64,000 nucleotides of DNA from Pseudomonadota bacterium (GCA_023444705.1 JAEXMB010000033.1:581-64580); one strand, 5' to 3'. Positions 41,589 through 51,347 are shown, counted from the first letter of the stretch. Translations and numbers: made by a program. The notes: generated by a model not told the origin, from the sequence alone.

Positions 41589-42218
41589 TTACTTCTTGCC
41601 TTCCTCGACGGGGACAATCTGGACCTGCTGCGGCTGCTTGGGTGCAGGGGCAACTTGTCCCGGACGGCGCATCTTCGGCTGGTTGGCGCGGCGTTCGCGC
41701 GCTTCTTCCTCGGCTTTTTTGCGGTCTTCGATTGCTTTGCGGCGTGCCTCGGCCTCGGCTTCGCGCTTGGCCTTGAGGTCCTGCATGCGCTCAAGGCGTT
41801 TTACACGGTCCTGGCAAACAGCATAGATGTCGTATGAATTCAGGTATGCCGCACACGGATCGGTGGGCAAACTGCTGGCATCAAGTTGTCCCGGCGCTGT
41901 GGCAGGTGCGTTGCCTTGTACAGGCGCTTGCGCCTGTGGCTGGGTCACCGGCACTGTCGGCGCGACAGGTGCCGACGGCAGGGCCGGAGGAACCGTTGAA
42001 GCTTGCGACGGCGTGTCAGTGCCCTGGAATACCGGCGGCAGCGTTTGCGCCTGCGGCGCAGACGGAGTCGTCACACCCGTGATGGGCGACGGCGTACCGC
42101 TTGTTCCCGCACTGTCGGTGCCGGTCGTGCCGCTAAAAGCCTGCGCCTGCGCAGGTTGCGCAGCGAGTGGCATGGATAGCATCGCAAGGACAGCAAAAAT
42201 ACCGAATGAAACGCGCAT
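41589..42218 (-). CDS. secreted Pro/Thr/Gln-rich protein with a Cys pair and a Lys/Glu-rich tail
   Basis: GGGGAA RBS. Signal peptide MRVSFGIFAVLAMLSMPLAAQPAQA. DPCAAYLNSYDIYAVCQDRVKRLERM followed by KAKREAEAEARRKAIEDRKKAEEEARERR. Confidence 0.65.
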   Translation of the reverse strand: MRVSFGIFAVLAMLSMPLAAQPAQAQAFSGTTGTDSAGTSGTPSPITGVTTPSAPQAQTLPPVFQGTDTPSQASTVPPALPSAPVAPTVPVTQPQAQAPVQGNAPATAPGQLDASSLPTDPCAAYLNSYDIYAVCQDRVKRLERMQDLKAKREAEAEARRKAIEDRKKAEEEARERRANQPKMRRPGQVAPAPKQPQQVQIVPVEEGKK

Positions 42219-42368
42219 ATTATTCCCCGTAGACATGGTCCAATGTGCCGACGGCCATTGCATGAAACCACCTGATATTATTAATTTTAGGCCTGTTGGC
42301 GGAATTTGAAAAGGGCGCAGGCGGTCAAAACCACCCTAAATATCCCCGTTCTTGTTGTTTTATAATGA

Positions 42369-42815
42369 TTATTTCTTTTTTGACGGCTTGGCGGCGCCGC
42401 TTTTGTCGCGCGGCGAATCCGCGGGCATCGCGTCATCGTCTTCATCATCGCTGACGCGCTTGTAATTACGCGGGGTTTCCTCAACCGGCGCGTTTTTGAC
42501 GGCTTTTTTTTCGACCGCGCGCTCGCGCAGGCGTTTTTGGCAATCGGCATAAGGGGTCAGGGAATTGCGCTTGATCTCTGCCGACTCGTCCGGTCCAAGC
42601 TCTTCAAAGCATTTGCTGACCGAGGTCACCACATGCGACCCAGCCACGGGTACCTCGGCCTGCGCGGGTGCGGGGGCTTGCGGCGCTGCAGGCGGTTCGT
42701 ACTGCGCAGGTTGCTGGCGGTAATACTGCTCAAGCGCGGGTTGCTGTGCCACTGCCGCGGTGGCGAAAGCAACGCAGAAGAAAACAGCACCGGTAAGAAA
42801 ACGCATTAAGGCCAT
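42369..42815 (-). CDS. secreted protein, architectural paralog of 41589..42218
   Basis: Signal peptide MALMRFLTGAVFFCVAFATAAVA. P/Q/A-rich stretch. SKCFEELGPDESAEIKRNSLTPYADCQKRLRERA. Basic/acidic tail ending AAKPSKKK. Confidence 0.65.
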   Translation of the reverse strand: MALMRFLTGAVFFCVAFATAAVAQQPALEQYYRQQPAQYEPPAAPQAPAPAQAEVPVAGSHVVTSVSKCFEELGPDESAEIKRNSLTPYADCQKRLRERAVEKKAVKNAPVEETPRNYKRVSDDEDDDAMPADSPRDKSGAAKPSKKK

Positions 42816-44689
42816 GACGGCGGATACCCATAGGGATAGATTGGCACCTGACGCGGCGTATGCGTGCGGCCTGTTTTCTTAAGGTGCGCGTTAAACACCT
42901 CCATCAAGCGTTCCAGACGATAGCTATAGGCGATGTCATAGGGCGTGATGCTGTTCTGGTCGCGTGCCAGCGGGTCAAAGCCGTTATCAAGCAGATGACG
43001 CACTACGCCTTCCGCCCCTGCCGCGCGCGTGATCGCCATATGCAGCGGCGTGCGGCCATTGCTGTCGCGGGCATGCCTGTCACTGCCGTGGAACATCAAA
43101 CGGCGCACTTCCGCCAGCTGGCCGCTTTGCGCCGCCAGATGCAACGGCGTACGGCGGTTGCTATCGCGGGCAGAAACATCGGCCCCTTTGTTGACAAGCG
43201 CCGCCGTTACGTCTGCGCGCGCCATTGCGATTGAAAGGTGCAACGGCGAAAAACCGCTGTCATCCTGCACCTTGACGTTAGCGCCCGCCTTGATGAGTTC
43301 ATGCGCAACGCCCGCGTGTTCGGCGTGCAATGCCGCCAGCAGCGGTGTGCGCTGATATTTGTCGCGCGCCTCAAGCTCCGCCCCCGCCAAAACCAGACGC
43401 GCCAGCAACGAGGCCGACAGGCCATCGCCACCCCAATGCAGCACGTTGCGCTCTATTTTATCCTTGAGCGCAGGATTGGCACCTTGCTCGAGCATGATTT
43501 CGACCAGGTCGTAAAGGCTGTTGCTTGCCGCCATCATCAAAGGCGTCACGCCGTTTTTGTCCGCACGGTTGCCGTCGGCACCCTGCCCGAGCAAAATGCG
43601 TGCCGTGGCGCGCTGGCCTGCATTGACAGCTACCAGCAACGCACTGGCCCCATCCTTGCCGTCGGCGGCATCAAGCGTGGCGCCGTTTTCCAGCAGCAGA
43701 TAGACCAGTCCGGCTTTACCCGCCTTGGCCGCGATGTGCAGCGGCGTCATGCCTTTGTCGTCGTAGTGATTGGTCAGCGCGCCCTGCGTCAGCATTTCCT
43801 GCGCCAGCGCCTCGTGGCCAGCCTCGACCGCCAGATGCAATGGCGTGCGGCCTTCGTGATTGACGGCATTCAGCAGCTCCGCCGTCCAGCCCTGCAACAA
43901 GGTCATGGCACAGGCCGTGTCGCTGCGCTTGACTGCTTCGTGCAGGCAGGTCTGGCCGTCGTGCGTGGCGGCGTGCGGATCAAGACGGTAGTAAAGCAGT
44001 TTTTCAAGTGCGGCCTGATGGCCGCCGCGCACCGCGTAATGCAGTGCCGTCGCCCCCTTGCCGTCGCGCCGGTTGGGATCAGGCGTCGCTTCGACGATGC
44101 GCGCCAGCAGGTCAAGCGCGTTATTGACATTTCCAAGTTGCGCCGCCGCATGCAAGGGCAATACGCCGGCCTTGTTGGCCAGCGTCACGTCCGCGCCGGC
44201 ATCAAGCAGGATGGCAGCCAGACCTGCCGTTTCCGGTTTGGCCAATGCAACGTGCAAGGGTGTATCTGTGTTCTTGGCGGCCGTATTGGGATTGGCACCA
44301 CGTTCCAGCAACAACGTAACCAGCGGCAGCGAGCCCTGTTGAAGCGCGTGATGCAAAGCCGTCTGGCCCAGCTTGTCGGCGCGCTCGACATCCGCACCGC
44401 TTCTGACGATGCGTGTGGCAAGGTCGATATTGCCCGCGATGACCGCATCCATCAAAATGGTGCGCCCGCTGGCAGCGTCAGAGATACGGTCCGCATCACG
44501 CACAAACCCGCGGTTGCGCGGGGTCAGGCGGTCGTTATCATTGAGGGCAGCCGGCAGCGGCAACATATCCTTGCCGTCCGCTGCGCCAGTGCGCGCGGTC
44601 TTGTTCTTTGCGCTGCGCGTGCGCGGCTTGGCCGCGCGGCGGCTGTGCGTATTAAAGATATGCCGGTTTTTTCTGTGACGCATGGCCAT
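42806..44689 (-). CDS. large ankyrin-repeat protein (about 15 repeats), candidate effector
   Basis: Repeats such as GQTALHHALQQGSLPLVTLLLERGANPN, GRTPLHLAVEAGHEALAQEMLTQGA and GRTPLHMAITRAAGAEGVVRHLLDNGFDP. Confidence 0.9.
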   Translation of the reverse strand: MAMRHRKNRHIFNTHSRRAAKPRTRSAKNKTARTGAADGKDMLPLPAALNDNDRLTPRNRGFVRDADRISDAASGRTILMDAVIAGNIDLATRIVRSGADVERADKLGQTALHHALQQGSLPLVTLLLERGANPNTAAKNTDTPLHVALAKPETAGLAAILLDAGADVTLANKAGVLPLHAAAQLGNVNNALDLLARIVEATPDPNRRDGKGATALHYAVRGGHQAALEKLLYYRLDPHAATHDGQTCLHEAVKRSDTACAMTLLQGWTAELLNAVNHEGRTPLHLAVEAGHEALAQEMLTQGALTNHYDDKGMTPLHIAAKAGKAGLVYLLLENGATLDAADGKDGASALLVAVNAGQRATARILLGQGADGNRADKNGVTPLMMAASNSLYDLVEIMLEQGANPALKDKIERNVLHWGGDGLSASLLARLVLAGAELEARDKYQRTPLLAALHAEHAGVAHELIKAGANVKVQDDSGFSPLHLSIAMARADVTAALVNKGADVSARDSNRRTPLHLAAQSGQLAEVRRLMFHGSDRHARDSNGRTPLHMAITRAAGAEGVVRHLLDNGFDPLARDQNSITPYDIAYSYRLERLMEVFNAHLKKTGRTHTPRQVPIYPYGYPPSWP

Positions 44690-44713
44690 GCCTCCATAAA
44701 AAACAATCGCGCG

Positions 44714-45826
44714 TCAGCGCCCGAAACGCGGTGGTGCCTTGGGGCCGACGAATTTCTTTTCCTCAATCAGGGCACGGTGCGCCTTCTCGAAATGGTCGCG
44801 CAGCCGGAAAGATTCTTCGCTCTTCATGAAATCGTAAAGCTCGCGATGGTTCTGCTGGCTGACAAGGTCAGCGGCGGTTTGCCCGCTTTTGTTTTGCGCC
44901 AGCGCATCAGCACCCGCGACCAAAAGCTCGATCGCAATTTCGTCATAACCGCGTCGCGCCGCGGCCATCAATGCTGTTTCGTCATACATGTCAGGCATCG
45001 GCGCATCCACCGTGGCGCCTGCTGCCAGCAAAATTTTCACGCAATCAATCTGCTTTTTGATCACGGCGGTATGCAACGGTGTATGGCCGCTGGCATTGCG
45101 TGCATCAATATCGACACCATGATCGATCATGGCCTGCAAAACAGCGATACGCCCGTCCGCCGCCGCCAGATGGAACGGCGTCTGCCCTTCGTTATTCCTG
45201 CATGTCGCATCAGCACCCGCCTGCAACAGCGCAACGGCATGATCGGAGGTATTGCGCCCCGCCGCCAGATGCAAGGCCGTCGCGCCGTCCTTGGTACGGC
45301 GCAGTTCAACCAGCGCACCGGCATCAAGCAAGGCCGCAATCATATCCTCGCGCGGGGCCGACAATGCCGCCAGCAAGGGCGTATCGGCACTGATGTCCTT
45401 GTTGACCAGAAGGCCGCCGGTGTTCACACCCATGCCACGGCCTGTGCGTAACAAGACGCCAAGCGCTTCGGGCTTGTTGGCATCCACCGCATACAGCACG
45501 GCGTTAAAATCACCCGTGACGATGCTTGCACCAAGGTCGCGCAGGCAGGCGACGGTTTCACTATCGCCGTCGCTGATCGCATAGGCCAGCGCGGGCAGAC
45601 CTGCGGCGTTTGGCATATCGGGTACCGCGCCCAGCGTTTTAACCGCCTCGACGATGCGGGCCTTGCCTGCCTTCTGACGGCACAATTCGTGCAAATAGGT
45701 ATTGCCTTCGGACGTAACAGGCTCGTTGACCTGTTCAGGCAGAGGGCGCGGCACAGTGACCGCCGCCGTCTCGGGGGCGGTATCGGGGGCGGTGGTCTCT
45801 GCCGGTTTGTTGTCTTCTTCTTGCAC
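44714..45826 (-). CDS. ankyrin-repeat protein, candidate effector
   Basis: GQTPFHLAAADGRIAVLQAMIDHGVDIDARNASGHTPLHTAVIKKQIDCVKILLAAGATVD. Confidence 0.9.
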   Translation of the reverse strand: MQEEDNKPAETTAPDTAPETAAVTVPRPLPEQVNEPVTSEGNTYLHELCRQKAGKARIVEAVKTLGAVPDMPNAAGLPALAYAISDGDSETVACLRDLGASIVTGDFNAVLYAVDANKPEALGVLLRTGRGMGVNTGGLLVNKDISADTPLLAALSAPREDMIAALLDAGALVELRRTKDGATALHLAAGRNTSDHAVALLQAGADATCRNNEGQTPFHLAAADGRIAVLQAMIDHGVDIDARNASGHTPLHTAVIKKQIDCVKILLAAGATVDAPMPDMYDETALMAAARRGYDEIAIELLVAGADALAQNKSGQTAADLVSQQNHRELYDFMKSEESFRLRDHFEKAHRALIEEKKFVGPKAPPRFGR

Positions 45827-45869
45827 AGTGTGCCGTCCTTGCTTTATCGGTTCATCAGTATGGTTTATT

Positions 45870-47111
45870 TCAGCGCGGCTTTGAAGGGTAAAAACCCCCG
45901 CGCCCGCGTCTGGTGCGCACGGGTGCCGCGCGCATATTTCTTCTGCCGCGGCGCAGTTTGGCAGAATCCGGCCATTTGCGCTGTGCGTCCATAACGATCT
46001 TGCGCGTCATCTGCTGCATCGGCGCCTGGCACACCATATCGGGTGTGCGCATTCTGCTGTCGGCGATCGTCGGGTCAGCACCCGCATCAAGCAAGGCGAT
46101 CACCGTGTCGCGGCGGTTATGGTGCGCTGCCAGCCACAAGGGCGTCTGGCCCAGGTGATTGCGCGCATTGAGGTCATGCGGCGCCAGCGCCAGCACGCGC
46201 AGGAACAGATCATGGCGCATGCCGCGCGCCGCGATATGCAGCAGTGTGGTGCCATCATTGCGTCTGGCCTGTGGCGGCACGCCCGCCGCCAGCAAATAAT
46301 CAAACGCCTGCACCCAGCCTTTCTCTGCCGCGAGCATCAGCAAGGTTTCCCCGCCCGCGCTGGCGGTTTGCAACATATCCGCCCCCGCATCATGCAGACG
46401 GCGCAGCAAATCAGCGCTTTCAACCATGCTGGTGCGGTGGCAGATCAGGAATTGCACCGGTGTCTGCCCGTCGCTGCCGCGGGCATTGATGTTGATCCCG
46501 TAGTCGATCAGCACATCAAGAAGATCCGCGCGTTGCGCCGCCAGCACGGCGCGCAAAGTATCAATGCGCAGGCCTTTTCGCGCATATGTCGTGTGGACTG
46601 CCAGCGCCTGCGGACTGCGCAACAGCAGGCGCAGGATTTCCGGCGTGCTGTCCGCCGCCAGATGAAAGGCATTCATCTCGTTACGGTCGATGTCATAGGC
46701 CGCCAGTGCGGGGTTGGCGCCGTAATGGAGCAGCCATGCCACCGCTTTTGCATCGCCCGCTATCACCGCCTGATGCAACATGGTCAAACCGCGCGGACCA
46801 TAAGCGTCGATATCTGCCCCGTGGTCGAGCAACATGACCGCACTGCCGCTTTGCCCCGCACGCAACGCCGCATGCAACGGCGTCAGGTGGCTTGCGCACC
46901 GCGCATCGGCGTCACAACCCGCGCGCAGCAGCGGTTCGATCAGCGCCGTACAGCCGCGCCGCGCTGCCACATGCAAAACGCTTTCACCGTTGTCATAGCG
47001 ATAGCTTGCCACATCGCCACGCTCTGCAGGCGCAAGCGCCTGCCATATGGCCATGATATCATCAGCACTCTGGCTTGTCAGTGCGCGCGCAAACGCCGCC
47101 ATAGTATTCAT
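45870..47111 (-). CDS. ankyrin-repeat protein, candidate effector
   Basis: GESVLHVAARRGCTALIEPLLRAGCDADARCASHLTPLHAALRAGQSGSAVMLLDHGADID. Confidence 0.9.
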   Translation of the reverse strand: MNTMAAFARALTSQSADDIMAIWQALAPAERGDVASYRYDNGESVLHVAARRGCTALIEPLLRAGCDADARCASHLTPLHAALRAGQSGSAVMLLDHGADIDAYGPRGLTMLHQAVIAGDAKAVAWLLHYGANPALAAYDIDRNEMNAFHLAADSTPEILRLLLRSPQALAVHTTYARKGLRIDTLRAVLAAQRADLLDVLIDYGININARGSDGQTPVQFLICHRTSMVESADLLRRLHDAGADMLQTASAGGETLLMLAAEKGWVQAFDYLLAAGVPPQARRNDGTTLLHIAARGMRHDLFLRVLALAPHDLNARNHLGQTPLWLAAHHNRRDTVIALLDAGADPTIADSRMRTPDMVCQAPMQQMTRKIVMDAQRKWPDSAKLRRGRRNMRAAPVRTRRGRGGFYPSKPR

Positions 47112-48547
47112 GGCTGGCGGCCGCCCGGCCCGTAATGCCCACGAAACAGCGGTTTGACGTCACGGCGCAGCGCTTCGGCAAGTATGGGAACGGTCTGCTC
47201 TTTGGCGCGCATATTGACTTGCGCGTAATACATCGCTGAATGCCCGTTGTTATCGAGCAGGCGCGGATTGGCCCCCGCCTGTAACAGCTCGCGCATCGTG
47301 TCGCCCTGCCCCAATGCTGCCGCAATCATCAGCGGCGTGCGCGCATCATGGTCATGGCGCGCGTTGGGGTCCGCACCGGCGGATAAAAGATTGGTGATTT
47401 CATGCAGGCTCGACCCTTCGATCGCCAGCATCAACGCGGTGGCGCCGTCGCGGCTGCGTACATTCACACGCGCGCCATAGCGCAAAAAGACCGACAGCGT
47501 TGCTGTCACGCCGCCAAAAGACATCAGGCGGTGCAACGGCGTTGCACCGCTGTGCGGGTCGTGCGCATTGACATCCGCACCCGCTTCGATCAGCAGGCGC
47601 GCGATCTGCGCGCGCACGTCATCGTTCATGCTGCGAATACCCGCCAGATGCGCAAGCGGGGTCGTCTGCAATTGTTTAAGCACCCCCTGGCCCGTTGCCA
47701 TCACCGGACGGCAGGCATCTGCCCCCTTGGCCAGCAGGACCGCAACCAATGCCGCGTCAGCGCGGTTGATCGCCAGCAACAGCGGCGTCATGCCGTCATC
47801 GCGCGCAAGATTGACCAGCGCGCCGTCATCGATCATGGCATCGACCAATGCCGCATCCGCGCGCATGACCGCAAGGTGGAACAGCGTGCGTCCCTCGCGG
47901 TCGCCGGGCAGGCGCGCGTTAAGGTCGGCGATAATTTCGCGCTGGCGCAACAAGCTTTGCGCGGCAACGGTTTTTTTGGCATTGAGAGCGGCCATCATCG
48001 GCGTGACGTGCAGCGCACTTGGCGTGCGCAAATCCACGCCCGCCGCGGCAAAGGCCAGGATGACATCACCCATGTCTTTTTCGCAGGCGCGGTGCAACAG
48101 GTCTTGCGTGGCCTGCATATTGTCGGGGCAACCGCCACATGTGATCAGCGTGGCGGCGGCGGCGGCCTTGCCGAAATGAATCGCGTCTTGCAGCGGTGTG
48201 CGGCCTGCATCGTCAGCGATACCACGGCGCACATCCGCACCGGCGCGCGCCAGCAGGGCGATCATGTCGGCGCGGTCAGCGCGCGCTGCGATATGGATGG
48301 CGCTTTCGCCGCTGGCGTTGGTCGCATTGGGGGACATTCCCGCCGCCAGTTGCGCGCGCACCCCTGCGCTATCACCGTTTTTCACCATGCGAAAGAAGGC
48401 ATCAACATCGCTTTGCGGGGTCAGCGCGGCGGTTTTCAAACGGTTGAACAGACTGCCCAGCACGCCTTCACTTTTTGGTTGCGCGTCGTCACCACCCGAA
48501 GGGGCGGCACTGTTTTTCGGGTCTGGCGGTCGTGGTGTAAATGACAT
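47108..48547 (-). CDS. ankyrin-repeat protein, candidate effector
   Basis: GESAIHIAARADRADMIALLARAGADV and GATPLHRLMSFGGVTATLSVFLRYGARVNVRSRDGATALMLA. ATGA-coupled to the next gene. Confidence 0.9.
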   Translation of the reverse strand: MSFTPRPPDPKNSAAPSGGDDAQPKSEGVLGSLFNRLKTAALTPQSDVDAFFRMVKNGDSAGVRAQLAAGMSPNATNASGESAIHIAARADRADMIALLARAGADVRRGIADDAGRTPLQDAIHFGKAAAAATLITCGGCPDNMQATQDLLHRACEKDMGDVILAFAAAGVDLRTPSALHVTPMMAALNAKKTVAAQSLLRQREIIADLNARLPGDREGRTLFHLAVMRADAALVDAMIDDGALVNLARDDGMTPLLLAINRADAALVAVLLAKGADACRPVMATGQGVLKQLQTTPLAHLAGIRSMNDDVRAQIARLLIEAGADVNAHDPHSGATPLHRLMSFGGVTATLSVFLRYGARVNVRSRDGATALMLAIEGSSLHEITNLLSAGADPNARHDHDARTPLMIAAALGQGDTMRELLQAGANPRLLDNNGHSAMYYAQVNMRAKEQTVPILAEALRRDVKPLFRGHYGPGGRQP

Positions 48548-48548
48548 C

Positions 48549-48625
48549 GCTTGAACACTGAAAAGACGCGCATGACGCGCATGATGCGCGCGGGGCGTGA
48601 CGGCAATAACGTAGAGTGTTCAAGT
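48549..48625 (-). promoter_or_regulatory. long-range hairpin with nested GC palindromes in the leader of the 479-aa ankyrin gene
   Basis: CTTGAACACT (48550-48559) is the exact reverse complement of AGTGTTCAAG (48615-48624). The proximal arm ends 2 nt before the start codon at 48547. Inside, GCGCATGA occurs as a direct repeat, with a GCGCA/TGCGC palindrome followed (on the minus strand) by TCTTTTC. Confidence 0.45.
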
Positions 48626-48706
48626 CATAGCACCCGCGGCTGGGGGTGACAACCGTTTATGACAAGATTATCCGCTGATTTGTAATTATATTATAGTGTT
48701 ATGTTA

Positions 48707-49237
48707 TTATGGTGCGGGTTTTTGGCCAGCACCTTTGAATGCCGCCTGCGGCGCGCGCAAGGTCACTTCTTTTTTAAGCGCCATGTCTTCTTCACCTTGC
48801 GGATCGGGCAAGGCCGCCAGCAAGCGCGTGCTGAGTTTCTTTTGCCCTTCGTTAAGGTCCCATCCCTCGGATTTGCGTTTACGCATTTGCGTTAGCAGAA
48901 TTTCAAGCGCGCTTTCCTTGCCGAGAGTAAGGTTCGGGTCCGCGCCACGGTCCAGCAAGGATTGCGCAGCACTCAGATGGTCGTTGCGGACATAAGAAAT
49001 CAAAAACGTATCGCCGTCAGGCTTGCCGTTGACACTGGCATTGATGTCCGCGCCTGCCGCCAGCGCAAGATCGATCATATCCCAGTGGTGGGTGGCGTGG
49101 CCCTGCCGCAAGACCGCCTGCGCATCCGCACCTTTATCAAGCGCCTGTTTAAGCATCGTCAGATCCTTGGTTGCAAAACAAACATCAAGCGCAAGGGCAA
49201 GCGCGCGCTTCACATTTTCGGGGTTGGCGGTATTCAT
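48707..49237 (-). CDS. short ankyrin-repeat protein, candidate effector
   Basis: I chose the start at ATG 49237, which is ATGA-coupled to the upstream HExxH gene. Sequence LKQALDKGADAQAVLRQGHATHHWDMIDLALAAGADINA. Tail GAGQKPAP. Confidence 0.7.
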   Translation of the reverse strand: MNTANPENVKRALALALDVCFATKDLTMLKQALDKGADAQAVLRQGHATHHWDMIDLALAAGADINASVNGKPDGDTFLISYVRNDHLSAAQSLLDRGADPNLTLGKESALEILLTQMRKRKSEGWDLNEGQKKLSTRLLAALPDPQGEEDMALKKEVTLRAPQAAFKGAGQKPAP

Positions 49238-50229
49238 GCGACCCTCATGCTGAAACTGTAGCCGGACATTTTGGGGTCGCGCGCCCTTTGCCGCGGAACG
49301 CGGATATTCGACAGGCGTAAAATATCCTGCCACTCCTCGCTGTGCCGCGCCTGGTCCTTGATGAATTCTTTGACCGGCGGATAGTTCAAGAACCGCTTTC
49401 CTGCCTTGATCACGTCGGCGTTATCTGCGGATGCATGCATGACCTTGGCCGTTTCGCGGCAGAACAGCGCATACGCCTCCTCATCACGGCCATAGAGCGC
49501 CCTGACAATGTTGTGCGGCGTTTCATAGCGTTGGTGATATGCTTGCGCCGCATCGTTGAACTTCATGGCAAGCAGATGGTGCGATATGCGCGTATGCATA
49601 TGTCTGCCCACGATATCGTGCGCCAGCGCCGCTGTTTCGTCGAGCGATAGCGCGCTGATGTCGTGCTTGCACGCATGCCTGCGCACAGCCGCCAGAATAT
49701 CGTCGGTATAATGAATAGGCGAGGTACCAAGCACCAGCGTACTGGCCTTGTTCGCGTATTTGAAAAAGTCGCTATCAAGACCAAAGCGCTGGATGTGGCG
49801 CAGGGCCGCAAAAGCATCGGCACGGCATTCGCCTTCATGGCCGCCGATCATCCCGCGCTCCATCACCTGATGGCCGATTTCGTGGTCGAGTACATAGAGC
49901 GTGCGCATTTCAAGCGTATAGCGCGGCGTGAACACCCCGGGCATCTCGCGCAACAGGCCGATCATCTTGATCCCCGCCACGCCGCCCAGTACGGTGGGAT
50001 GATACGCCATGCCCGCAGCGTTGCGTTTTTTGATATATGCGCTTTCCTGATGGATGCGTGCGCGCAGGGCACGCGTTTTCTCGCTCAGGTCATCGGCGAT
50101 CGCGCTCGAGATAAAAACAGGCGCGTCGCTGTCGGTGACGAAAACGACCAGACGCTGCAGACGCTCGGGAAAGCTCTGACAGGCATCGCGCAGGGAGTGC
50201 TGCACTGTGGTGTGAAGATCGTTTTGCAT
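49234..50229 (-). CDS. HExxH-motif protein (putative zinc metallopeptidase), paralog 1
   Basis: YVLDHEIGHQVMERGMIGGHEGECRADAFAALRHIQRFG. Alignable along its whole length with 50385..51341. Confidence 0.7.
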   Translation of the reverse strand: MQNDLHTTVQHSLRDACQSFPERLQRLVVFVTDSDAPVFISSAIADDLSEKTRALRARIHQESAYIKKRNAAGMAYHPTVLGGVAGIKMIGLLREMPGVFTPRYTLEMRTLYVLDHEIGHQVMERGMIGGHEGECRADAFAALRHIQRFGLDSDFFKYANKASTLVLGTSPIHYTDDILAAVRRHACKHDISALSLDETAALAHDIVGRHMHTRISHHLLAMKFNDAAQAYHQRYETPHNIVRALYGRDEEAYALFCRETAKVMHASADNADVIKAGKRFLNYPPVKEFIKDQARHSEEWQDILRLSNIRVPRQRARDPKMSGYSFSMRVA

Positions 50230-50235
50230 GCGGCA

Positions 50236-50264
50236 AGAATAAACGATTCTTGTTTATATGTAAA
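50236..50264 (-). promoter_or_regulatory. promoter positioned for a leaderless mRNA (HExxH paralog 1)
   Basis: Minus strand reads TTTACA (50264-50259), 17 nt, TATTCT (50241-50236), 6 nt, ATG. No Shine-Dalgarno sequence. The 13-mer TTTATATGTAAAA (50253-50265) is shared with paralog 2. Confidence 0.5.
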
Positions 50265-50384
50265 ATAATAAAAGGGCAGGCGGGTTGTGTTAAATTATTG
50301 AATATAATCAATGGATTATCTATTAATTCGGTTTGTGCAACGCTGGGTTTTACTCATCGCGTCACCTTGTATCTGCGTCTTGTC

Positions 50385-51341
50385 TCACGCACCGTGTTTT
50401 TTCATGGCTGGCGTTGGGGCTTTCGAAAGGTCGGCGATGCGCCGCCACGCAGGGTCGGCTTTGGCACGGGCAGTGATAAAATCATGCACTGGCGGGAAAT
50501 TTAAAAAGCGTTGTCCGGCACTTATAACACGCGCATCGGCAGGGTGGGCACGCATCACGCTTGCCGTTTCACGGCAGAAAACTTCATATGCGTCATGGTC
50601 CCTGTCATAGAGCGCGTCAACAAGCTCTTTCTTGCCGCCACAATGGCGCACGGCCATGCGCGCAGCTGGCCTGAATTTCTTTGCCAAGCGGTGAATGTCA
50701 GCAGAGCCAACAGGCAACGAGCGGACAAGACGGTCGGCTAAACGCGCAGTTGCCGCAAGCGGTAAGCCGCTAATATCATTGTCGCGTGCATAAGCGCGCA
50801 CCGCTTCCATGATGTCAGTCGTGTAATGGACAGGCGATGTCCCCAGCACGACCGAATGCGCACGCGTCATCAAGACAAAATAATCCGTGTCAAAGCCATA
50901 GCGCTGAAGATGGCGCAACGTTGCAAAAGCATCCGCGCGGCATTCGGCTAAATAACCGCTGACCATCCCCCGCGGCACAACCTGATGACCGATCTCATGG
51001 TCAAGGACGTAAACGCTGCGCATGTCCTTGGTATAGCGTTTGTTGAAAACGCCTGACACATCGCTGTGTACACCAATCATCTTCACCATATGCCCTGCAA
51101 CACGCATCGGATGATAGGCCATGCCAACACAGTTGCGACGCTTGATATAGGCTGTTTCCCGCGCGATCACACGACTGACTTCCTGCGTCGCCGAAGACAG
51201 CTTTGCCGCTGTTGCAGGTGCGAGATATACCGGCGTTTTTGCATCGGTCATAAAAAGAAACAACGTGCGCAACTGCCGCGGAAAAGCGTCATAAGCTTCG
51301 CGGGCGGTTTGTTCGAAAATGGCGCCGAGCTCTTTTTGCAT
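50385..51341 (-). CDS. HExxH-motif protein (putative zinc metallopeptidase), paralog 2
   Basis: YVLDHEIGHQVVPRGMVSGYLAECRADAFATLRHLQRYG. Further shared blocks are ETAYIK(K/R)RN..GMAYHP and VLGTSP(I/V)HYT.DI..AVR. Confidence 0.7.
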   Translation of the reverse strand: MQKELGAIFEQTAREAYDAFPRQLRTLFLFMTDAKTPVYLAPATAAKLSSATQEVSRVIARETAYIKRRNCVGMAYHPMRVAGHMVKMIGVHSDVSGVFNKRYTKDMRSVYVLDHEIGHQVVPRGMVSGYLAECRADAFATLRHLQRYGFDTDYFVLMTRAHSVVLGTSPVHYTTDIMEAVRAYARDNDISGLPLAATARLADRLVRSLPVGSADIHRLAKKFRPAARMAVRHCGGKKELVDALYDRDHDAYEVFCRETASVMRAHPADARVISAGQRFLNFPPVHDFITARAKADPAWRRIADLSKAPTPAMKKHGA

Positions 51342-51347
51342 CAGGCT

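Noticed and set aside
43238-45451. 737-aa plus-strand ORF across two ankyrin genes
   Set aside because: It is antisense to clear ANK-repeat coding sequence, with an Arg/Gln/Ala-rich translation and no domain signatures. It is a GC-rich shadow ORF.
47402-48544. 380-aa plus-strand ORF, and the similar 46119..47135 ORF, over ankyrin genes
   Set aside because: Same reasoning: the opposite strand has perfect ANK periodicity, and these frames have none.
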